A stretch of DNA of 27,385 bases from a virus. Its lineage: Duplodnaviria > Caudoviricetes. The stretch spans positions 1 to 27,385 of the IMG/VR virus record IMGVR_UViG_3300022217_000166, one strand, 5' to 3'. A program made the position numbers and the translations under genes. The notes under the pieces were generated by a model, which searched no databases, was not told where the DNA came from, and saw nothing but the letters and a program-made list of their open reading frames with translations. Shown piece by piece: positions 15,355 through 22,646 of this stretch (position 1 is the first letter of the stretch; each line of letters starts with the position of its first letter).

Positions 15355-16842
15355 ATGAGAAATGCAAAAAGAAAATATTGGAAAAAATATAAAATCTTAT
15401 TCGGTTTTATATTGTTTGTAATTGGGTTTATGGTTTTTTCATGTGTAGGGAGTTTTGATATATTTACAGGGGTGGGGCTTGCCTTAATCCCGGCTTTAGT
15501 TTGGATTGAAAAAGGCCAATTTACTCAAGAATTAACTCAGGAAGAATATATTAAACTGACAGCAGAAGAAAAAGCCTTATATCTAAAAGAGTTTAACGAA
15601 TCAATTTGGAACTCATACTCAAAGGATCTTGAAGAAAAACTTAAAAACTTTATTGATAAGGATACCTTTGATTCTATTAAAAAAATTACTGAACAGATGA
15701 ATAAAAATATAACTGATCAGAATTTTAAAGCCCAAATTGAAGAATTAAAGGCAGCGTTTAACTCCTTCTCAAAAAACTCTGAAGCGGCCATTGCTGCAAA
15801 AGAAATTGAAGGGATGAGCAAATTTGCTATTATGCTGACAAAAACAAAAACGAATCAAGGAAAAAACACTAAAGACGGGATAAGCCTGAAAGATGCCTTA
15901 AAAAATCATCAAGATGGGGACCGATATTCCTTTACTATTAAAGCAACCTTTACGGGGGCTGATGTAACACAGGCAACGCTTCATGCAGGAGGTCAAATTA
16001 TACCCGGAATTGGTCAGCTTGCTTCAGGTAAATTCGTTTTATCAAGTCTTTTCAAGGTTTCTCCTATTCAAATTGACGGGAACGGGTCAGCAGTTTATGA
16101 AGATTGGGATGAAGCAACCTCAGTAAGAGCAGCAGCAGCCCTTGCAGAAGAAGGAACTTATGCTTCCTCAACTGCAAAATTTAAAACCTATTCTTTAACG
16201 ATAGAGAAAATTGGGGACTCAATTTCAATGAGTTATGAAGCTATAAGGGATTTTAATAGATTTGTGAGAGAGCTTGCAAGGTTTATTACAAGAAATGTTC
16301 TAAGAGTTGTTAATCAAGCCCTTTGGAATGGTAGCGGAGTTACTCCTAATATTGCCGGTATTTATACAAGAACAACAGCTTTTGTTCCGGGAACCTATAC
16401 AGGAGCAACAACAACAACTCCGGATATTGTTGATTTAATCAAAGTACTTAAGAAGCAAATTATGAGCGGTGCAGATGATAAGTATAATGTTAATTTTTCT
16501 TTGATTTCATGGGAAGAATATCTTGAAGCAAGCCTTGTAAAAGATACCGTTGGAAGATTAATTTATCCTAATGGTATTGATAATGTTGCAGGCGTTCAGG
16601 TTATCCCTACATCATACGTTTCAGACAATCAGATGGTTATCGGAGATAAAGAATATGTTGAAATGATCGGGGACCCTGAAGCTATAGAGGTTGAAATGGG
16701 CCTTAAGTCGGGAGATTGGGAAACAGATAAAGAGTCTATAAAAGCAAGAGTAAGAACAGCCCTTTTAATAAGACAAGCTGACCTTGGAGGCTTTTTAAAA
16801 GTTACTGATATTGATGCAGCAATTGTTGCTATAACAACATAA
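15355..16842 (+). CDS. Major capsid protein (HK97 fold) with hydrophobic N-terminal extension and delta-like scaffold region
   Basis: Follows the protease; AEEG..., ALWNGSGVTPNIAGI, KDTVGRLIYP and GVQVIPT motifs. Confidence 0.9.
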   Translation: MRNAKRKYWKKYKILFGFILFVIGFMVFSCVGSFDIFTGVGLALIPALVWIEKGQFTQELTQEEYIKLTAEEKALYLKEFNESIWNSYSKDLEEKLKNFIDKDTFDSIKKITEQMNKNITDQNFKAQIEELKAAFNSFSKNSEAAIAAKEIEGMSKFAIMLTKTKTNQGKNTKDGISLKDALKNHQDGDRYSFTIKATFTGADVTQATLHAGGQIIPGIGQLASGKFVLSSLFKVSPIQIDGNGSAVYEDWDEATSVRAAAALAEEGTYASSTAKFKTYSLTIEKIGDSISMSYEAIRDFNRFVRELARFITRNVLRVVNQALWNGSGVTPNIAGIYTRTTAFVPGTYTGATTTTPDIVDLIKVLKKQIMSGADDKYNVNFSLISWEEYLEASLVKDTVGRLIYPNGIDNVAGVQVIPTSYVSDNQMVIGDKEYVEMIGDPEAIEVEMGLKSGDWETDKESIKARVRTALLIRQADLGGFLKVTDIDAAIVAITT

Positions 16843-16884
16843 TAAAATTATTAAAATTATTTATAACGTTTTAAAAAAAGAAAA

Positions 16885-17322
16885 ATGAAAAAGTATATTA
16901 TATCAATAGTGATTTTATTATTCACTTTTTTATCATTCGGGCAAAGTGCCACGGCTGATAAATATGTAAACGCCCCCAAACATTTTGCGGGGTGGGGAAC
17001 AGCAGCAGACACGGTTTCAAATGCCGGAACTGTTGATTTTGTTGTAAAGCTTAAGACTCCTGATTTATTAAAGTTGCATTTAGGGTTAAGGTCGGATTCC
17101 GTTTCCGGAACTCCTTCTTATACGGCAACTTTGGGAGGTAGTATGGATGGCGTTAATTATACGACTATACAGGCCATTACAACAACAACCGGGGTTGATA
17201 CTTTCTTTAACTATACGGCTGTTGATGCAACATATAATTATTATAGGCTCCGGTTGGTCGGGGCGGCTGCAGCTCAAAACGGTTTATTGTATAATTATTG
17301 GAATTTTAGGAAACAGAATTAA
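16885..17322 (+). CDS. Beta-rich capsid-module protein with Sec signal peptide
   Basis: MKKYIISIVILLFTFLSFG|Q signal; GSMDGVNY and YNYYRLRLV suggest a beta-sandwich. Confidence 0.75.
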   Translation: MKKYIISIVILLFTFLSFGQSATADKYVNAPKHFAGWGTAADTVSNAGTVDFVVKLKTPDLLKLHLGLRSDSVSGTPSYTATLGGSMDGVNYTTIQAITTTTGVDTFFNYTAVDATYNYYRLRLVGAAAAQNGLLYNYWNFRKQN

Positions 17323-17343
17323 TAAAAGTAAAAAAGAAATAAC

Positions 17344-17712
17344 ATGGCTAAAAATGCTTTAAATACTTTAGCAACCGCTCAGGATCTTACAAATTCATAT
17401 GCGGATTTAGGAACAAGCCCTGAAATTGATGTTTCAGGTCAAACGACCCTCGGAATCTGGATTGATGCTGATGTTAATGATAGTGTTAATGTTGATTTAA
17501 AAGCAATCGGTTTGCATACGAGCGGAGGGGATGTTTTTGAAGTTGATGGATTTTCTGAAATTGCCTTATGGACAACAGGAGCTTCAAACTTTAAAAAATA
17601 TTATGAATTTGACGTTGGAGTTTTGAATTTTATTAAGCTTCAAGCTAAGGCGGGGACTGTTGGAGCAACCGCCGGAGATTTAACTGTTCATACAACTAAA
17701 AAACATTTATAA
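17344..17712 (+). CDS. Putative virion decoration protein (beta-sandwich)
   Basis: A/T/G/V/D-rich, located in the head module. Confidence 0.6.
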   Translation: MAKNALNTLATAQDLTNSYADLGTSPEIDVSGQTTLGIWIDADVNDSVNVDLKAIGLHTSGGDVFEVDGFSEIALWTTGASNFKKYYEFDVGVLNFIKLQAKAGTVGATAGDLTVHTTKKHL

Positions 17713-17713
17713 A

Positions 17714-18307
17714 ATGGCAGGATTCAAACCTTATTTACCGATTAATAAAATCGGCTATTCAGGAAGCAGAGAAATTGTTTATGAAGACTTACAGGTTAGC
17801 ATTGCAAGAGTAAGCTTTCCCGGGGTTGCTGATCCTACTTGGAGGCGTTATAATCACGGGATTGGAAGCGGAGTTGATTTTGATGTTTTAGGCTTTGCAG
17901 TCAATGACTTTATTAATATTGACATTCAAACGAGCCATGCAATGAAACTTTCAACAATCCTTGAAAATCATATTCATTTTATGACACCAACAGACGGGAC
18001 GGGAGACAAATTCAAGTTTCAACTTGATGTTATTGCCGCCCCTATAGATGGAAATTGGGCGGTTCCAACAGGCTCCCCTTTTACTTCTGAGCATGATATT
18101 AGTGCAGATTACAGTAATTTGCATAAGCTTCTTGACTTGGCTAATGTGCCGGCGGTTAATACAACGGTAAGCACAATTTATACGTGTCAATTGAAAAGAA
18201 TTGCTGCTTCTGCTGATGAATATGCAGGAGAAATATATTTGAAGTTTAATGATAGTCATATACAGAAAGATACAAGCGGAAGCTTGCAGGAAGGATCAAA
18301 AGTTTAA
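17714..18307 (+). CDS. Putative virion accessory protein
   Basis: 197 aa, beta-rich, with QTSH...HIHF motif; in the head module. Confidence 0.6.
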   Translation: MAGFKPYLPINKIGYSGSREIVYEDLQVSIARVSFPGVADPTWRRYNHGIGSGVDFDVLGFAVNDFINIDIQTSHAMKLSTILENHIHFMTPTDGTGDKFKFQLDVIAAPIDGNWAVPTGSPFTSEHDISADYSNLHKLLDLANVPAVNTTVSTIYTCQLKRIAASADEYAGEIYLKFNDSHIQKDTSGSLQEGSKV

Positions 18308-18310
18308 ATT

Positions 18311-18760
18311 ATGGCCGGATTTGTTAAAAAAGGATTGTTTAGAGGGTGTCAAGGATTGACCTCCCCGGAAGAAACAGTTTGCACCTTAGCAGATAATTAT
18401 TATAAAATCTCAGGTACTTGGAGCGGTGCAACAAATTTAGGGTTTTTTAGGGATGGCTCAGGAAAATTAATATATAAAAACGGGGCAAATATAAATTTTT
18501 TATTAAACGGAACCTCAGATGTTAAAGCGGATAAAAATTGCCTTTTAACATATGCTCTTTTTAAAAATGGGGTTTTAGTTTCGGGAGCAGAAACCCCGCA
18601 CACGTTTAATAATGCAAATTCATTTGTAAATATAAGTATAACGGCCTTTGTTCAGGGTTTGAAATACGATGATTATTTAGAAGTTTATTGTAAATCTGAT
18701 CAGGCCAATACAAAAATTACAAGTGAAACTTTAACAATTACTCTTTTAGGGAGTCAATAA
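18311..18760 (+). CDS. Putative C1q/BclA-CTD-like beta-sandwich virion protein
   Basis: ALFKNG...ISITAFVQGLKYDDYLEVY pattern. Confidence 0.5.
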   Translation: MAGFVKKGLFRGCQGLTSPEETVCTLADNYYKISGTWSGATNLGFFRDGSGKLIYKNGANINFLLNGTSDVKADKNCLLTYALFKNGVLVSGAETPHTFNNANSFVNISITAFVQGLKYDDYLEVYCKSDQANTKITSETLTITLLGSQ

Positions 18761-18807
18761 AAGATGTTATTTCTTATAAATTATTTATTAATATAAAAAA
18801 CAAAATA

Positions 18808-19053
18808 ATGAAAGTTGAATTTTTAGAAGGTTTCTCAAATGTTGAGAAAGGAGAAAAAAAAGATCTTAATGAGCATACTGTTAAAAAATTAGTTCGTAGG
18901 GGGATTGTTCTTCCTGTAGATGAAGAAAAAAAAGAGGAAGCAAAGAAAGAAAGAGCAAGAATCTTAAAGATTGAAAAGCAAAAAGAAGAAGCGGCTAAAA
19001 AAATAAAAGCAAAGCTCAAAAAGATTGAGGAAAAAGAAAATGCGAAAAAATAA
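18808..19053 (+). CDS. Small K/E-rich head-module protein
   Basis: MKVEFLE..KGE....KKLVRRGIV followed by a charged tail, a type often found after capsid genes. Confidence 0.7.
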   Translation: MKVEFLEGFSNVEKGEKKDLNEHTVKKLVRRGIVLPVDEEKKEEAKKERARILKIEKQKEEAAKKIKAKLKKIEEKENAKK

Positions 19054-19087
19054 ATGTTAAAAAGTGAATGCATTTTAAAATTAGAAC

Positions 19088-19603
19088 ATGGCTAATATAA
19101 CACAAAATACAGATTTTACTTACCCGTATGTGGTATATGCGGGAGCCTCAGGGAGTCCGGAAAGAACTAAACTCGATCAACTTATTGAAAAGTGGGAAGA
19201 GGAAATTCTTATTAAGATTTTAGGGGAAAGGATGTATAATGAATATTTAGCCAATTCAGGAAGTGCTTTTTATTCGGGGCTTATAAACGGAACTACATAC
19301 CAAGTTGATGGAATAGATTTTGTATATGAAGGAATGATTCCTGTTTTTATAAGAATAATTTATTATTGGTGGCAGCGGAACTCAGAAACAAGGATTGGAA
19401 ATGAAGGGAATTATATTCCCTCTTATGAAAATTCTGTTAAGACGGTTCCCGGAGCTACAATGGAGGAAGCCTTTAATGAAGCAGTTAATAAAATAAAAAA
19501 TAACAGACAATATTCCCCTACAGTTTATCATTATATTGATAATGAATATACGGGAAGCATTTGGGATTTTACGGAATTTGAAAAGGTAACTTATTGGATA
19601 TGA
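19088..19603 (+). CDS. Putative head-tail adaptor/connector
   Basis: Position, size and an EEILIKILGERMY helical motif. Confidence 0.6.
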   Translation: MANITQNTDFTYPYVVYAGASGSPERTKLDQLIEKWEEEILIKILGERMYNEYLANSGSAFYSGLINGTTYQVDGIDFVYEGMIPVFIRIIYYWWQRNSETRIGNEGNYIPSYENSVKTVPGATMEEAFNEAVNKIKNNRQYSPTVYHYIDNEYTGSIWDFTEFEKVTYWI

Positions 19604-20061
19604 GTAGAATAATTGACATAATAAGAACATCCGCAAGCTTAACAACGCTTTGCGAATGGTTCGATATTGGTCAATGGGGGGATCTTAATGATGAACTTGC
19701 CCTTCAAGATATTGAAATGGCAACTCAAGGGGCGGTTTTCCCTTGTATTTTGTTAAGGCTTCCTTACTCAGAAGCCGAAAATGAAGATTCAAATTTCTAC
19801 TTTCCTGATAGTCTGAATATATATTTTATTAATACAACTGATCCGGAAACCAAGCAGATTGATAGACACGACAACGATTTTCCGACTATCAGAACAATGA
19901 AGGATGATTTTAAAATGCATTTACGAAATAATGGGACTGAGTTTACATCTCCAATAAAGACGGAACATTTCTTTTCAAAATATGTAAAGAATAAGCTTCA
20001 AACAAATGTTGATGTAATTCATCTCAATTTTACAAATTTGAAATATTTTAAAAATTGTTAA
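19594..20061 (+). CDS. Putative tail terminator/completion protein
   Basis: Directly upstream of the tail tube gene; FPCILL motif. Confidence 0.55.
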   Translation: MDMSRIIDIIRTSASLTTLCEWFDIGQWGDLNDELALQDIEMATQGAVFPCILLRLPYSEAENEDSNFYFPDSLNIYFINTTDPETKQIDRHDNDFPTIRTMKDDFKMHLRNNGTEFTSPIKTEHFFSKYVKNKLQTNVDVIHLNFTNLKYFKNC

Positions 20062-20062
20062 A

Positions 20063-20938
20063 ATGAGCGAATGTACAAATGTTAGTGATTTACTAATGGA
20101 AAACGGGGATTTTTGCTTTATAGGTAAAATAAGAGGGCTTGGTATAACAGATGGGGCCTTATCCGTTTTAAATACAAGCATTAAAACAAAAGAGTGGTGG
20201 GACGCTCAAAAATATGCTGCTTCTAATAGAGTAAGCACAATTTTAGCTTCCAACTTTTCAGAATCAACCCCGGGGGAAGTATCAGAACACACGCCCGAAT
20301 TTGGTTTTAGTATTAATGTTTCTGAAACGTCTGTTAAATACACAATGAAATGGCAGGGAAATCTCTGCTTAAGACGTGCTTTTGAACGGTATAATAACAA
20401 ACAAGTTTATGTTGTGTTATTTTCAGATCAAAATTATATTGTCGGAATGAGAGACACGGCTTCTAAATTGAAATTTGCAAAGGCAATGATCAAAGTGATG
20501 AATGAAGAAATTGATGGAGTTGATTACAACGTTCTTGAAATAACTTTTGCAAAGAAATTTCAAGCCCTTAAGAAAGAGATTTCAATGGCTTCAGGATTTA
20601 CAACTGAAGATATAACGGGGATAACAGGAATAATTCTTGAATTCGTTTCTTGTAATGCAACAACATTAATTGTTGATGCTTTTGGCTGCAATGATGCTGA
20701 TCTTGAAAGCTTGGATGATACTAAATATTTAGTTTACAATATTACTGATGATCCGGAAAGGGCCACGGCTTTAACTATTACATTATGGGCTGATTCGGGA
20801 AATAGATACATAGCAACAATTGATGCAGGCTCCGCTCCTGATGATGATGACGTTATTGTAACAACTTGGGACGGTCCGGCGGCAACTAATGAATATATTA
20901 TTCAAGAAGAAGCTTCAGGGGTTGCGGTTGTATCTTAA
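20063..20938 (+). CDS. Putative major tail (tube) protein
   Basis: 291 aa with N-terminal Cys residues and an acidic beta-rich C-terminal domain; expected position. Confidence 0.6.
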   Translation: MSECTNVSDLLMENGDFCFIGKIRGLGITDGALSVLNTSIKTKEWWDAQKYAASNRVSTILASNFSESTPGEVSEHTPEFGFSINVSETSVKYTMKWQGNLCLRRAFERYNNKQVYVVLFSDQNYIVGMRDTASKLKFAKAMIKVMNEEIDGVDYNVLEITFAKKFQALKKEISMASGFTTEDITGITGIILEFVSCNATTLIVDAFGCNDADLESLDDTKYLVYNITDDPERATALTITLWADSGNRYIATIDAGSAPDDDDVIVTTWDGPAATNEYIIQEEASGVAVVS

Positions 20939-20971
20939 TAACTATTAATTTAATAATTTAATAATAAAGTT

Positions 20972-21163
20972 ATGTCTAAAAAAGACGGAAAAAAAACGGG
21001 TAACATTGTTGTTGATGGTACTTCTTACACAATAAGAGACTATAACAGGAAACTCAAGAGAGATAAAAAAAGAGCTGTAGAAACTCAAAAGAAAATAGAG
21101 AAAAAGCTAAAAGAAAAAAAATCTCATCAAGATAAAGTTTCAGAAGTAACAACAAAAAAATAA
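20972..21163 (+). CDS. Small basic protein
   Basis: 63 aa, Lys-rich, ends just before a terminator. Confidence 0.65.
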   Translation: MSKKDGKKTGNIVVDGTSYTIRDYNRKLKRDKKRAVETQKKIEKKLKEKKSHQDKVSEVTTKK

Positions 21164-21189
21164 CTGTTTTTAGTTAATACTTAGATTTG

Positions 21190-21223
21190 AAAGGTCGGTT
21201 GTTTATATGGCCGGCCTTTTTTT
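21190..21223 (+). terminator. Intrinsic terminator after the tail tube genes
   Basis: AAGGTCGGTTGT-TTAT-ATGGCCGGCC hairpin followed by T7; the G-U pairs form only on the + strand. Confidence 0.75.
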
Positions 21224-21229
21224 AAAATT

Positions 21230-21724
21230 ATGGCTACATTCGGACAAATAGCAAGCAAAACAAGGGCTTTAAATATCAACTCAATATTAACTGATATTTT
21301 TAAAACTTCTAATTTGCAAAAATGGATGATTGAAACCATACAAAACAGGCTTTATTCTAAAGGAGAAACAGGAGAAGGAATAATTTTAAAGACTGATAAA
21401 TCAATAAATGATTCTTATTCCCCGGTAACAATGGATATAAAGAGCTATTTGGGTCAAAGAACTGAGAATGTAACATTAAAAGATACGGGGGATTTTTATG
21501 AAAGCTTTAAAGTTGTTTTATTATTAGATGGGTTTGAGATAACCGGAGATTTTGTAAAAGGATCGGAACATATTGAAGATAATTTCAATAATTTATTTCC
21601 AAGCAAGAGGGCCTTTGAGTCTTCTGTTATGAGTTTGACAGATAAAGAAATTAATTACATAGTTGAAAAAAAAGTAATACCTTTACTCTTAAAAGAAATA
21701 CATGAATTTATACGAGTCAATTAA
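21230..21724 (+). CDS. Putative neck/tail-completion morphogenesis protein
   Basis: YSPVT..IK...GQ...VTLKDTGDFYESF motif. Confidence 0.6.
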   Translation: MATFGQIASKTRALNINSILTDIFKTSNLQKWMIETIQNRLYSKGETGEGIILKTDKSINDSYSPVTMDIKSYLGQRTENVTLKDTGDFYESFKVVLLLDGFEITGDFVKGSEHIEDNFNNLFPSKRAFESSVMSLTDKEINYIVEKKVIPLLLKEIHEFIRVN

Positions 21725-22646
21725 TGATATAAAGGTTTTTAATTATGATATGATTCAACAGGGAATGAAGAAAGGGTTCCCTGATTTCCGGTATATGATT
21801 GTAGGAAGTGAATATTTAACAGCCAATACACTCCCGAAAGTAAGAAAAAAAGATATTCTCAAGCTTTCAGAAGCCTATCTTAATATACTTTATCAACTCC
21901 CGGAAGTAGATACTGAACTTTCAAAGCTTTGGAAATTGTATGAATTACATTTTGATTTGATAAGGGCAAAATCAGAAGCCAATGAGCTGAGGCAGCAATT
22001 AGGAAGAAAGATGAAGAAAATTGACTTTAATAAATTGAATGTTGCGTTTTCATCTTACCGCTCAAAATTAGAGGAAAGTTATACTGATTTTGAATTAAGC
22101 GTATATTTTTTAAAGCCTGATTTTATAGAACTTTGGAAAGAAAAATATCCTGATAAGTTAATTCCTGAGATCCTGAAAGAAAGAAAGGAGATTGAATTTT
22201 TTATATTTGAAGAATACTTTGCTTTATTAGATAAGTATTCAACTCCCGAATACATAACAACCCATTATAAAAGCTTTGAACAGATTGAAGCCCTTGCAAT
22301 AATGAGAACGGAAAACTTTGTTCTAAACTTTATTGATGTTAAAACCGTAAAATCAAAAAACTTAAAAAATATTGAAAGGCACTTATCCGGATTCTTTAAA
22401 GAAAGAAATGAGTGGGCAAAATGGCGTATTATAAGAGGGGATTTTTTTTCTTATAAGAGGTTGAAATTTCTTCCTAAAAGGGAAGGGAATACAATCATTG
22501 ATGATACAATCATTTTGAATGATGTTGCAGGTCAGAATATTGACCCTAAAGAATGTACTTTATATAATTACTATAAGATTAAACAATATGCTCAAAGAAA
22601 GCATGATTTACATGAAAAACTAAATAAAAAACCTAATGCCCGGTAA
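21702..22646 (+). CDS. Putative tail assembly chaperone
   Basis: Immediately upstream of and overlapping the TMP gene; helical. Confidence 0.5.
   Translation: MNLYESINDIKVFNYDMIQQGMKKGFPDFRYMIVGSEYLTANTLPKVRKKDILKLSEAYLNILYQLPEVDTELSKLWKLYELHFDLIRAKSEANELRQQLGRKMKKIDFNKLNVAFSSYRSKLEESYTDFELSVYFLKPDFIELWKEKYPDKLIPEILKERKEIEFFIFEEYFALLDKYSTPEYITTHYKSFEQIEALAIMRTENFVLNFIDVKTVKSKNLKNIERHLSGFFKERNEWAKWRIIRGDFFSYKRLKFLPKREGNTIIDDTIILNDVAGQNIDPKECTLYNYYKIKQYAQRKHDLHEKLNKKPNAR

Noticed and set aside
11935-16842. Introns, inteins or homing endonucleases in the terminase, portal or capsid genes
   Set aside because: The ORFs are continuous and of ordinary size, with no intein or HNH/LAGLIDADG motifs seen.
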